A DNA stretch of 64,000 bases from a virus (lineage: Duplodnaviria > Caudoviricetes), in IMG/VR virus record IMGVR_UViG_3300024493_000235, positions 96,001 through 160,000 of that record; one strand, written 5' to 3'. Below, one piece after another: positions 19,120 through 28,516 of this stretch. Both the position numbers and the translations under genes were made by a program. The notes below the pieces were generated by a model. It searched no databases and had not been told where the DNA came from. It saw nothing but the letters and a program-made list of their open reading frames with translations. How positions within the stretch are numbered: position 1 is the first letter of the stretch; each line of letters begins with the position of its first letter.

Positions 19120-20433
19120 TTAGAACGACCTGTATACCAATTTTCCCTCATACACCCAAGGATGAGCAACCCACTGGTTTTGTACATCAGGATAAAATAT
19201 ACCGTGTTCGTATTTTGGTTTCTTAGTATCAGGATTAATTCCTGTTGACATAAGACGAGAATACTTATTGTTCTTTATTTGAGTTTCAAGATCCTTTTCG
19301 GCTTTTTCCCAAGTAATGACAAAGTTATTCTTTCTGAATTTCATAAGCTCGTTGTTAAAAGTCATCACATCATTTTCAAGACGTTCCTGCGGAAGCTGAT
19401 CTTTCATGTATTGAATAGTATGATTAAAGTCCCATATAATTTCAGGATTCATGATTTCCGCATGATTGTAATGATATGTAATTGTCATACTCGGATCTGC
19501 GGGGGTTCCTCTTTTACTTGGAATTAAAGCTGTTGCTGGGAGATTGATAGGAAATACTCCTGTAAGTTTTCCATATATCTTTATAGACATTCCATCAGGA
19601 CCCGTTACAAACCAATAAATCGATGCCATGTAATCATAGTACAATTCGACTATCGATTTCATGCTTGGAACCATTATGCCCTTACCTGTCTTATCCATGT
19701 ACATCATCCAAAGATAATGCATCATAAGAATATCAAGATTTGAAGTTTCGTCGTAAGTTATAGTAACTTGTCCTGAAGAAGTTGATTCATCCATACCTTT
19801 GGCATCAGATGTTTTATTTCCGGCTTGATCTCCATCATAGTCATATTTTTCCATGACAAAATCTTGCATACCGCTTATGCTTGTTGAAAGGTTTGATAAT
19901 AACGGTATAAAAGGGGTTCCACGAAGTTGATTTAATCCATGCGTCCTTACATTTTGCCATAGGGCCTTTCCGTAATTGGATTTACTTTCTCCAACACCTA
20001 CAATACCATCCCATTTACTTACAAGATCTTCAGGGGATTGATTGTTATAACCATCATCAGAAAGAGGACCTAAAAACATGCCATACGGAGGCATAAGAGA
20101 TCCCAATAAAAGACATCCTTCAAAACTGGAAGCGGCTAATGCTAATGACGGATCCATCGTAAGATTGTTGGCTGTAAAAGCACAAAACGGACGAGTTATA
20201 AAAATATGTAATCCGGACGCTACATGAGGGTTAAAATAATCTAATCTGTGAAGAGAATTGTATAATCTTAAATATGAAGAATCGTCCATGACATCTTGTC
20301 CGGACATAATCATCGCTTCAAAATATTTTTCCATTATATCGTCATTTGTTATCTCCATCTTCTCTCTAGGAGGATGGACTGAAAATGGATTTATAGGCAT
20401 TTCCGCACCAGAAGATTTGTTGGCCATATTCAT
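19120..20433 (-). CDS. Tail-tube-fold structural protein (tube or baseplate tube initiator)
   Basis: VTITYDET...LWM...KLTGVFP...TITYHY resembles the T4 gp19/gp54 tube fold. First gene of the late operon containing the wedge. Confidence 0.6.
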   Translation of the reverse strand: MNMANKSSGAEMPINPFSVHPPREKMEITNDDIMEKYFEAMIMSGQDVMDDSSYLRLYNSLHRLDYFNPHVASGLHIFITRPFCAFTANNLTMDPSLALAASSFEGCLLLGSLMPPYGMFLGPLSDDGYNNQSPEDLVSKWDGIVGVGESKSNYGKALWQNVRTHGLNQLRGTPFIPLLSNLSTSISGMQDFVMEKYDYDGDQAGNKTSDAKGMDESTSSGQVTITYDETSNLDILMMHYLWMMYMDKTGKGIMVPSMKSIVELYYDYMASIYWFVTGPDGMSIKIYGKLTGVFPINLPATALIPSKRGTPADPSMTITYHYNHAEIMNPEIIWDFNHTIQYMKDQLPQERLENDVMTFNNELMKFRKNNFVITWEKAEKDLETQIKNNKYSRLMSTGINPDTKKPKYEHGIFYPDVQNQWVAHPWVYEGKLVYRSF

Positions 20434-20460
20434 TATTCTCCTATTAAAGATGTCCTACAT

Positions 20461-20472
20461 TATCCAGATGTT
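20461..20472 (-). promoter_or_regulatory. Late promoter AACA-N6-TA
   Basis: AACA-TCTGGA-TA. Confidence 0.8.
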
Positions 20473-20501
20473 TCACGATAAAAATTAACTTAAAATATAA
20501 G

Positions 20502-20511
20502 TATATATAAT
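20502..20511 (+). promoter_or_regulatory. Early/middle promoter motif TATATATAAT
   Basis: taagTATATATAAT, divergent from the late promoter. Confidence 0.7.
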
Positions 20512-20548
20512 AAAATTGGCACTAGAAGATATAAAAGGAGCTAGTACT

Positions 20549-20857
20549 ATGAGTGAATTTGTAAACAAAAAAGACAAAGACTCGGCTATCTACAAAGACG
20601 ACCAGGAAATCGCAGATGTCATCTTAGAAGAGATAAATCCGCGAGTATTAACGACAGAAATCGTAGACGCAGATGTAATCAGCGTGCTACGAGAAGCAAA
20701 GAAAAACGTTAGGGTGAATATAGATCCTAACAAAATCTTAGAACCATATATCAATACACGCACAAAACGAACAAGGGATCCATCAGGAACTACGGCTCCA
20801 AGACACAGACGAAGAATCAAAGTAAGAGATCATGAAGCAAATTCAAAAAGATTTTAA
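20549..20857 (+). CDS. Small hypothetical protein with basic C-terminus
   Basis: AAGGAG RBS favours ATG at 20549 over TTG at 20516. Confidence 0.65.
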   Translation: MSEFVNKKDKDSAIYKDDQEIADVILEEINPRVLTTEIVDADVISVLREAKKNVRVNIDPNKILEPYINTRTKRTRDPSGTTAPRHRRRIKVRDHEANSKRF

Positions 20858-20861
20858 TAAG

Positions 20862-20887
20862 TAAAGGAAGGGGAAACCCTTCCTTTA
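20862..20887 (+). terminator. Intrinsic terminator hairpin
   Basis: taaaggaaggg-gaaa-cccttccttta followed by a T-rich tail. Confidence 0.75.
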
Positions 20888-20909
20888 TTGTTCTTTTTTG
20901 TAAGTGAAA

Positions 20910-20921
20910 AACATCATAGTA
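20910..20921 (+). promoter_or_regulatory. Late promoter AACA-N6-TA
   Basis: AACA-TCATAG-TA upstream of the GAGGAGG RBS. Confidence 0.8.
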
Positions 20922-20953
20922 AGCAGATTTTAGCCTAAAATGAGGAGGATTAT

Positions 20954-22288
20954 ATGCTGCATTCTTTAGGTATGGTTTCAGATATCGTAAGATACGTTTC
21001 AAGTAAAAGAGGCACATTAACCGAAGATGAACAACAAAGTCTTTTAAATATGTATGGAGAATTAAAGACTTTGTCACAACCCAAATCGATAGCATCGGAA
21101 TCAAAATCGAGTATATTTGATTATCCGTTTTTAATATCGAGCAACGTTTCACAATTGGAACACATAGCTGGTATTATGAAGGGTTGTGAAATCGAATATG
21201 CTAACATGATTATTCTTATGAGTGGAGTAAATCCAACCATAGATAACGATCAGCAAATTAAGATAAAAAGAACCCTCTCAAAATATCACACTTCTGGAGC
21301 TGATTACTCTGCCAAATACGAAGATTACAGCGTAGATAACGTTGTAGAAAAAACAATTGATGAATCGTGGAAAGCTGTCGCCATGGAAGATGACGATGAT
21401 AAAGATGAAAAGGGCGGCGGTAAAAAGAAAGGCGGTAGACAATGGGGCGGAAATCCAGATCCCGAATTTGACAAAAAGGGGAATCCGAACCCTAGAAATC
21501 CATTAAAGGTAACTGAAAACGAAATTAATAGTGCAAAAGCCGCAGCACAATTTGATGGCAGTGGCGCTAACAAATGTTACTCAACAAAGGTTGTGCATGA
21601 CAAATATGCAAACATGTTTAACATGACCATCATTGAAATTGTCGTAAGACTTGACAGCACAGACGACACATCGATAAAGATTCCAATCGGTGTTCATGGC
21701 ACAGCACACCATCTTCCTTTCCAAGAGCTTATATATGTGATGACTCGGTACATAACGGGAAGAGCCCAAGGGTTTTTAAACCGGTTTATTCGCTGGACTT
21801 CCGGTGAAATAAAAGGCCTTCACAATCTCTTATTCCGATACAGTGAAATAAAGAGCGATATCGAATACGAAAGACGTGTCGGAACAAGTAACTCTTGGAT
21901 TAAGGTTCTTCGTTCTCGTGCAAATAACCGCAGGGTAAATATTTTGCAAAGGTCGATAGGACTTGCAAAAGACGGAAATTGCACTTATCCTAACTGCAAC
22001 GACATACTTCCTGATTGTACATTCGTTATAAGCATGGGAGATGTCGATGTTATCGAACAACAGACCGGCATTAACATTTTTCAAGATCCTATTAAAGCTA
22101 AGAAGTTCTTGGACGATGCTATGGGATTGGGTCTTGTAATTGTTGACGATGTACACGATATCGTTCATGTGCTTTTTGCATCTTACACAAAGTTCCAATC
22201 GAACCCTATAAAAGCGTTCGCATCGGAATACAGATCAAAGGGAGATAATACAAACATATTAATCGACCTTATGAAGAAATTAGGATAA
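20954..22288 (+). CDS. Putative virion head protein
   Basis: 444 aa, late promoter, internal VAMED site and low-complexity insert. Confidence 0.6.
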   Translation: MLHSLGMVSDIVRYVSSKRGTLTEDEQQSLLNMYGELKTLSQPKSIASESKSSIFDYPFLISSNVSQLEHIAGIMKGCEIEYANMIILMSGVNPTIDNDQQIKIKRTLSKYHTSGADYSAKYEDYSVDNVVEKTIDESWKAVAMEDDDDKDEKGGGKKKGGRQWGGNPDPEFDKKGNPNPRNPLKVTENEINSAKAAAQFDGSGANKCYSTKVVHDKYANMFNMTIIEIVVRLDSTDDTSIKIPIGVHGTAHHLPFQELIYVMTRYITGRAQGFLNRFIRWTSGEIKGLHNLLFRYSEIKSDIEYERRVGTSNSWIKVLRSRANNRRVNILQRSIGLAKDGNCTYPNCNDILPDCTFVISMGDVDVIEQQTGINIFQDPIKAKKFLDDAMGLGLVIVDDVHDIVHVLFASYTKFQSNPIKAFASEYRSKGDNTNILIDLMKKLG

Positions 22289-22300
22289 TAAGGAGAGACC

Positions 22301-23416
22301 ATGTCAGAAATATTTGGACACGATCCTGCAACACCAAAAGACAAGCCGAAACCAGAGGTTTGGACAGAGGACTTCATGCAGATCCTTACTAACGAAAAAT
22401 CCCGTTCATTTTTTTGTGAAAACGTGGACGGGAAACTTACTGTTACAAACGAATCGGTAAAATCTTTTGTACTCGAGAAGTTATATGAGTTGGTTTCCAA
22501 AAAGATATCCCAACTCGATCCCGACTATCAGGAGATTTTAAACACCAAAGGTGATTACACAAAGTACAAATACTACGCCATAATATCCCAGACTGTAAAG
22601 TCCTTAAGCTCTCTTATAAAAGAGCAAAAAGGAAAAATGTCCGATATAAGCACGTACCAACTTGAAGAGGTGTTTAAAGCTCATGACAACCTCGTTAAGA
22701 ATGTCAAGAGTATAAAAGATGCTTTTACATACGATATAGTAGTTGTAAAACAGTATTACCTTGTCGTAGTTTCTTCAATTATTTACTCACTGGGATTTGT
22801 CGTTTCAACAATGATTGATTACGAAAGGCGGGATGCGAAAGTTCCATACGATCTTATATTCAAAAACGTCAACATTATGGAACGAGGGCTTCCAAAAAAC
22901 ATGATGAGCACAATTCAGATGTTTAATACCGATATCCAAAAAGGCGCAATCATTAAAACCGTGAATACCATGAAAAATAAAAAACCTTCTGCCATGGTGC
23001 AAAAAGAAGGAGCGAAAGTTTCCATGGAATTCGGTATCACTACTGCTACGGCTTTGTGGGTTGGTGTTGGCATTATAAGCATCATAATTTTACTTCCGCT
23101 TATAAGACACCTTATATACTTTTTCTTACATACAAAGGTCCGTCTTTCCGAATATTGTGAACAGCAAGCAAACTACTTAGAGCTTAACATTAGAGCTTTA
23201 AGAAGTCAAGGCGCTGATCCGAAAATAATCGAGAAACAAGAAAAAGCTGTAAAGAAATTGCAAGATTTTGCAGCTAAGCTTTCTGGCGATATATACAACA
23301 CACAGAAAAAGGTCGACAGTGATATACAAGATGAAGATAGGGATGTCGTTCGTGAAGCCGATAGAAAGGAAAAGGATTCAGGAGACGATTTATCTGATTC
23401 TGAAGTAGTCCTGTAG
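22301..23416 (+). CDS. Putative virion protein with hydrophobic segment
   Basis: 371 aa. VSMEF precedes the TM-like ALWVGVGIISIIILLPLI, followed by coiled coil. Confidence 0.6.
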   Translation: MSEIFGHDPATPKDKPKPEVWTEDFMQILTNEKSRSFFCENVDGKLTVTNESVKSFVLEKLYELVSKKISQLDPDYQEILNTKGDYTKYKYYAIISQTVKSLSSLIKEQKGKMSDISTYQLEEVFKAHDNLVKNVKSIKDAFTYDIVVVKQYYLVVVSSIIYSLGFVVSTMIDYERRDAKVPYDLIFKNVNIMERGLPKNMMSTIQMFNTDIQKGAIIKTVNTMKNKKPSAMVQKEGAKVSMEFGITTATALWVGVGIISIIILLPLIRHLIYFFLHTKVRLSEYCEQQANYLELNIRALRSQGADPKIIEKQEKAVKKLQDFAAKLSGDIYNTQKKVDSDIQDEDRDVVREADRKEKDSGDDLSDSEVVL

Positions 23417-23424
23417 GAGGATGT

Positions 23425-24528
23425 ATGGAAACAGATATCACCCAGGACTCAAGCGATGCTATTGCAATTGAAGCCGAAATGGTTAGCCTCATGACAGAAG
23501 CAGGGGAGCTCGAAATAACTCTTGGAGAATTGTTTACGGACTTAGACGGACTTAAAAATGCAAGACTTGTAATTGAGGCATCCGTAACCCAAGAACAATC
23601 GCAGCGGTTCGCTTTTGAAAGTATTATCGATGAAGAAGATTCCGTATGGAAAAAAATTGTCGATACCATAAAAAAATGGATTGAGAAGATAAAGGAACTA
23701 TGGGGCAAATTTATTCAGTGGCTTAAAAGCTGTTCCTATGAAACTGAAAGTGACAGATATTACAAACACCGAGGTCTCTGTGCAGTAGGAATAGAGCATG
23801 CCACAGCAGGAGATACTGTAACGATAAAAAATTACGTTATCGATAATCCAATGGAAACCGTTGTTTCTGATATACTTGCAATAAACTCAAGCCTTGATGC
23901 GTTCTATGAACTTGCAAAAAAGACTGTTACAGATTTTCTCAATCCGTCTCCCACAGTTCGAAAGTCATTTTGGGAGAAACTCAAGGAAAAATTCAAAGGC
24001 GCTCCACCTGCACAAGCTCACGTATCAGAAGTTATACGCGCGGAATGGGAAAAACTCGAAGTACAAATAGGTATCAAAGGGATGGAAGGATCTTTTACAT
24101 CTCAAAATGTAAAACACATGATATCCCTTAAGTACTTCAAAAACGGTGACAAAAAAGAAAAGAAAGAAGTCCCTGTAAAGGACTTTGCCAAAACCATTCA
24201 AATAATTGATTCTTTTTTAGAGCAAAGCAAAATAAAAGAGCTTGAAAAAATGTGCACGGTTATTCGCAATGGTTCGACAGAACTGCAAAAACTACTTCAT
24301 GATATCGAGAAATACAAAATGCAGGATCTGTCCAAAGAACAGGATGCTGAGCTTATGAAGGATATTGCAATGGGTAAAAATGGATCAATTATAATCATTC
24401 GTAATACCCTTTCTATCTGCAATGCGATAGGACAGTTATACTGGGGTATCTTTCTTATGATACGGGAAGATGTCAAAAAATGCGTATCGACGTATTGTAA
24501 AATCGCAAAAAAGCGAAAGAAATCCTGA
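23425..24528 (+). CDS. Internal head protein-like paralog
   Basis: Acidic propeptide, FAFES site, then an amphipathic WKKIVDTIKKWIEKIKELW helix shared with neighbouring paralogs. Confidence 0.6.
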   Translation: METDITQDSSDAIAIEAEMVSLMTEAGELEITLGELFTDLDGLKNARLVIEASVTQEQSQRFAFESIIDEEDSVWKKIVDTIKKWIEKIKELWGKFIQWLKSCSYETESDRYYKHRGLCAVGIEHATAGDTVTIKNYVIDNPMETVVSDILAINSSLDAFYELAKKTVTDFLNPSPTVRKSFWEKLKEKFKGAPPAQAHVSEVIRAEWEKLEVQIGIKGMEGSFTSQNVKHMISLKYFKNGDKKEKKEVPVKDFAKTIQIIDSFLEQSKIKELEKMCTVIRNGSTELQKLLHDIEKYKMQDLSKEQDAELMKDIAMGKNGSIIIIRNTLSICNAIGQLYWGIFLMIREDVKKCVSTYCKIAKKRKKS

Positions 24529-24533
24529 TTATC

Positions 24534-24609
24534 CCTAGGGCTATAATGGCCCTAGGGTATTTTTCTTCAATTTACCCCCCCCCCCGATATTGAAACAATA
24601 TAATAATCT
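24534..24609 (+). repeat. Duplicated terminator-poly(C)11-late promoter cassette, copy 1
   Basis: Identical to 28422..28495 except C11 vs C9. Contains the hairpin cctagggcta-taa-tggccctagg and AACA-ATATAA-TA (24594..24605). Confidence 0.9.
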
Positions 24610-24642
24610 ATAAGATAATTTTTTATAAAAAGGAGAAATATC

Positions 24643-25368
24643 ATGGGAGAACGAATAAAAGAAGTAACTCTCGAAGAACTTCTTGAAGAACCCGAAGTTG
24701 TTATAGAGCAAACCGAAGGAATCGAAGCGTACGAATGTTTCATTGACAACCCAAATATGGGTTTAGCTTTCGCCGATATGGGAGAAGTTACCGTTGAAAA
24801 ATGGATTGGACATGCTGCAGATAAGAAAGCTCCAGATGCGATTAAACTTCGTATTTCAAAGTTGGGATTTGGGGGCGATGCGATCCTTCCCGACGGTTCA
24901 AAAGTAAAATTAACGTACAAAGATGTGTTAGGCTCCACGTATGTTAAAAACGCCCTTAAAGAGTGGGATGATTATTACGTCAAACAACTCGGATACAGGC
25001 AATTCACTCAGGAAGATAAAGGTAAAATGAAAACCGATTTCTCCCAATATCTGTGTAAGTTATTTAGCCTTACTTGGACATCTAAACTTTCTTGTGAGGT
25101 GATAGACGGTCACGGATATTTCTCACAATTTGCAACAACTTTGGGAAAAGAGATCATCGATAATTTGGAAAGACCACAAAACGAGATGAAGTGGGCTGCA
25201 AATCAAGGTGGTGTATTTATCATCTATGTGAAGCCTAGCCAAGACGGAAAACCGGATAAAGTTTTCTCAAGACGTTTTATTACACTCGGTGTTATCACCA
25301 AAAAAGCGAACTATTTCGAAAAAAGAGGCGGCTCGGGCGGTATCGATATCGGAAAGATAAACAAATAA
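24643..25368 (+). CDS. Late protein with KEVTLEELL leader (putative head cargo)
   Basis: MGERIKEVTLEELLEEPEVV, AAGGAG RBS, own late promoter and terminator. Confidence 0.7.
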   Translation: MGERIKEVTLEELLEEPEVVIEQTEGIEAYECFIDNPNMGLAFADMGEVTVEKWIGHAADKKAPDAIKLRISKLGFGGDAILPDGSKVKLTYKDVLGSTYVKNALKEWDDYYVKQLGYRQFTQEDKGKMKTDFSQYLCKLFSLTWTSKLSCEVIDGHGYFSQFATTLGKEIIDNLERPQNEMKWAANQGGVFIIYVKPSQDGKPDKVFSRRFITLGVITKKANYFEKRGGSGGIDIGKINK

Positions 25369-25406
25369 AAATATACGAGGGGCTATATAGCCCCTCGTAT
25401 ATTTTT
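25367..25406 (+). terminator. Intrinsic terminator hairpin
   Basis: aaaaatatacgaggggctat/atagcccctcgtatattttt, a perfect inverted repeat. Confidence 0.8.
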
Positions 25407-25494
25407 AAAAGCTACATTATATTATTCTGTACCTTTTTCTTCTGTCGACACTTCTACAAATTCTCCGTTATAAAATACGTTAAAACAAACAAAA

Positions 25495-25524
25495 AATATA
25501 AGGGGCTTTAAAGCCCCTTATATT
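25495..25524 (-). terminator. Intrinsic terminator hairpin
   Basis: aatataaggggctt-ta-aagccccttatatt at the stop of 25523..26104. Confidence 0.8.
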
Positions 25525-26104
25525 AATCATTTACGCCTTTGATATAATCGGGAATTGTTGGTTCTTCTTTTGTATGCTTGTCACCTTTATTATCTCCCAC
25601 AGTACGTTGTATGATCTTCTTTACCTCATATTCAAGATTATACTCTTTTCTTATGAGAAGATCCTCCATTTGCCGTCTACATTTTCTTTCCATTGATGTG
25701 CGGTTTATTAAGAATGCTGTAATCCACCCGATGAAAAGAAATATTCCTGCACACGATGTGTATAAAGTGACCATCTCAACAAAAGGATTGTTCTTCATAG
25801 TTTGGTGTGCAGCAACAACAAGACATACAGTGCCGATTAAAATTAGAATCCCAAATGTGGCGAAGATAAAAGCTTTAAACGTTGTTGCGGCTTTGACATC
25901 CTTATATAGCAATAAAAGTGATCTTTTGCACATGTATATACATTCTTTCACATGATCCCGCATCTCATTCTTTAAGACTTCGATTTCAGGATCATCTACT
26001 GACATCATCCATTTCTTGCCGTCAATTTCGTCAAATGCCTTGGTAAAAGACCCTAATGATCTTTCTAAAATATTAGCTAATTCGGTTCTTTCTTTTTTAT
26101 TCAT
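25523..26104 (-). CDS. Two-TM membrane protein
   Basis: AGGAGG RBS, two hydrophobic helices, TATATATAAT motif at 26124..26133 (minus). Confidence 0.7.
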   Translation of the reverse strand: MNKKERTELANILERSLGSFTKAFDEIDGKKWMMSVDDPEIEVLKNEMRDHVKECIYMCKRSLLLLYKDVKAATTFKAFIFATFGILILIGTVCLVVAAHQTMKNNPFVEMVTLYTSCAGIFLFIGWITAFLINRTSMERKCRRQMEDLLIRKEYNLEYEVKKIIQRTVGDNKGDKHTKEEPTIPDYIKGVND

Positions 26105-26123
26105 TTTTATTCCTCCTAACCTT

Positions 26124-26133
26124 ATTATATATA
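26124..26133 (-). promoter_or_regulatory. Early/middle promoter motif TATATATAAT
   Basis: The only minus-strand copy seen. Back-to-back with the late promoter at 26151. Confidence 0.7.
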
Positions 26134-26150
26134 GGTATTAAAAGCTTTGA

Positions 26151-26162
26151 AACAAGTAGATA
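26151..26162 (+). promoter_or_regulatory. Late promoter AACA-N6-TA
   Basis: AACA-AGTAGA-TA directly before the AAGGAG RBS. Confidence 0.8.
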
Positions 26163-26175
26163 AAAGGAGACATAT

Positions 26176-27123
26176 ATGGACGAAATATCATTAAATTCTC
26201 TTCTGGGAGAAGAATATACATATTGTAAAGAAGATCCTATGAATGTGATGATCGAATGTATGGATATACAAAACGAGATTATATCGCATTATGAAAATCT
26301 TCTAACACTCGAAGCCGCAAAAGAAGTGAAAAAACATAAGAAATCTTTTACAGGTGGGACAGGTCCACTTCCTACAAATACAAAACCGACCCTTACAATC
26401 GATGATTTTGATGAAGGACATGATAAAACTGTCGAAGTTGATTTCGAAGAAAAAATCGGAACTGAAAAGAATTCTCTTTACACTTCTGTAAAAAGACTTC
26501 TTACAAAAATAAAAGAGTGGATCCAAAGCATTGTGTTTAAATTGATAACTCTTATAAGGAAAGATGAACTTACACTTAGGAATCCTACAAATATACATAA
26601 AATAAACACGTTCTTAACACAAGGAAAAGCTCTTAATACTTATCCTTTTCCAAGAGAACCTGAAACTCTGGTACAGGAAATATTACAAGATATATCCCGT
26701 ATCTGTAATAAAGTATTAACACCTTCTTTTAAATCTCAAATAACAGATTCAGCAGACCTTCCATTTGTGAATGAAACTGTAATGGGAATTTCTCTTAACC
26801 TTTCTAGGGAAGATATATTAAAAGAACTAAGAAAGAAATTACTTGGAGGTGCTTTAACTACTAGATCCGTTCCCTTACTTGATGCGCATATTACGATTGC
26901 AACCTTTGATTATTTTATCAAAAAAGCACCAGCGGATTTAAAAGACGTACAAAAAAGCTTTCATGTGGCAGAATCTGTGTTTCCCTCGTATGATGTGGCT
27001 TCAGATACCTTAAACACATATAAAGTATCAATATTTGTGGCTCAAAAGGCCATTTTTACCTCATTGCAGGCCGTTTCTAAAATTATCTTCCACATATCTT
27101 CTCTTATCCACCAATGTGTCTAA
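26176..27123 (+). CDS. Internal head protein-like paralog
   Basis: MDEISLNSLL leader. IECMDI, LLTLEAAK and GGTGPLPT motifs shared with 27251..28408. Confidence 0.7.
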   Translation: MDEISLNSLLGEEYTYCKEDPMNVMIECMDIQNEIISHYENLLTLEAAKEVKKHKKSFTGGTGPLPTNTKPTLTIDDFDEGHDKTVEVDFEEKIGTEKNSLYTSVKRLLTKIKEWIQSIVFKLITLIRKDELTLRNPTNIHKINTFLTQGKALNTYPFPREPETLVQEILQDISRICNKVLTPSFKSQITDSADLPFVNETVMGISLNLSREDILKELRKKLLGGALTTRSVPLLDAHITIATFDYFIKKAPADLKDVQKSFHVAESVFPSYDVASDTLNTYKVSIFVAQKAIFTSLQAVSKIIFHISSLIHQCV

Positions 27124-27129
27124 ATACTT

Positions 27130-27141
27130 AACATTTATGTA
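27130..27141 (+). promoter_or_regulatory. Late promoter AACA-N6-TA with ~110-nt structured 5'UTR
   Basis: AACA-TTTATG-TA. The leader can form 27141-48/27166-73 and 27152-59/27193-200 helices. Confidence 0.7.
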
Positions 27142-27250
27142 AACGATACAAGGTAGAATACTATATATCGTTTGGGCGACAATATTATTAGCATTCTACC
27201 AAAAGATGCGTTTCGAAAACAATACTAATTCAAGAAGGAGAATTAAAGTT

Positions 27251-28408
27251 ATGGCCAGAATTGAAGAAATCACACTCGAAAGTTTGTTAAATCCGCAGAG
27301 CGAATTGTATGTCGATCCGGCTGATGCTCTTGTAAGCGACGACCCAGCCGAGGTTGCCATCGAATGTATGGATATCCTTGATGAACTCCACACGCTCCAG
27401 GGAAATCTTCTGTCATACGAAGCTGCCAAGGCTGTCAAGAAAGCCAAATCCGCTTCTAAGAAGAAGAAAATCGTGAAAACGAAAATGAAAGCCAAGGACG
27501 CCAAAGCAAAACTCAAGGATCCGAAAACACTTAAGGTGAAGAAAGTCACCAAGGAATCCGATGCCGCCACCGACGGTGGAACTGGCCCGCTGCCGACAAC
27601 CGCCGATACGAATGGTCTTACCGAAACCGATTTGGATGTTGACCCGGATGCCGAAGTCGAAGTTTCCGAAGTTTCCGACGAGACACTGCCCGATGACAAC
27701 TCCGCAAATGCTGCCGCCACAGAAGGCGTTGATTTCTGGGTTGAATACGAAGATGCAGGAATCGTAACATTGGAAGCGAACGTGAAAGAAAATCTCAAGA
27801 AGTTCGGCGAAGCCATCGTTAAGATGCTTAAAGCCGTGGCCGATTTCTTTGTATCAATTGGAAAGAAATTTATCGGGATTTTCCAGAACGTCGAGCAGTA
27901 TTACAAGACAAACAAAGCCGCCGTTGATGCCGGATTTACAGACGGGTTTGAAATGCAGTCGAAATTCAAACTCGATGCCGGTGTGCTCGCCAAAATCGGC
28001 GAAGCCATAAAAACTCAGATGGATTCCGCCGTTGATACGGGCGAAGAGCAAAAAACAATTACTGGCCTCTTTACTGAACTTGGCGAAAACGGGAAGGTAA
28101 CCAATAAGGATTGTGGATTCTCAAGTGGAAACGATATTGTCGGATGCTTTAACGGCACAGTAAAGAAAGCCGTAAACGACTGTATTGCTGCGGCCAAGAA
28201 AAAGGGTGCCGAGAAAACTGCTGCGGCCAAGAAAGCTGCCGACAGTGGCAACAAGGAAGAACTCACCAAGATTAAAAAGGATGCCAGCAATATGCAGAGG
28301 AGTGCATCCACATTGTACAAAGAATACGGAAAAGCTGCTGCATACGGAATGAAAATTCTCCATGCCGCCGCTGCCGCCGGTTCAAAGAAAGCCCCCGCGG
28401 CCAAATAA
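27251..28408 (+). CDS. Probable abundant internal head protein (Lys/Ala-rich)
   Basis: AAGGAG RBS supports ATG at 27251 (MARIEEITLESLL). LSYEA/AATEG/VTLEA sites. Visibly more GCC/AAG codons than neighbours. Confidence 0.7.
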   Translation: MARIEEITLESLLNPQSELYVDPADALVSDDPAEVAIECMDILDELHTLQGNLLSYEAAKAVKKAKSASKKKKIVKTKMKAKDAKAKLKDPKTLKVKKVTKESDAATDGGTGPLPTTADTNGLTETDLDVDPDAEVEVSEVSDETLPDDNSANAAATEGVDFWVEYEDAGIVTLEANVKENLKKFGEAIVKMLKAVADFFVSIGKKFIGIFQNVEQYYKTNKAAVDAGFTDGFEMQSKFKLDAGVLAKIGEAIKTQMDSAVDTGEEQKTITGLFTELGENGKVTNKDCGFSSGNDIVGCFNGTVKKAVNDCIAAAKKKGAEKTAAAKKAADSGNKEELTKIKKDASNMQRSASTLYKEYGKAAAYGMKILHAAAAAGSKKAPAAK

Positions 28409-28421
28409 CTGATTTTTAAAT

Positions 28422-28495
28422 CCTAGGGCTATAATGGCCCTAGGGTATTTTTCTTCAATTTACCCCCCCCCGATATTGAAACAATATAATAATCT
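28422..28495 (+). repeat. Duplicated terminator-poly(C)9-late promoter cassette, copy 2
   Basis: Matches 24534..24609. Promoter AACA-ATATAA-TA at 28480..28491. Confidence 0.9.
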
Positions 28496-28516
28496 TAGAA
28501 TTGGAGGATTTACATC

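Noticed and set aside
27196-27816. 206-aa minus-strand ORF, and the longer start (27206) of the plus-strand gene
   Set aside because: The ORF is antisense to a biased-codon gene. The RBS and the shared leader motif place the real start at 27251.
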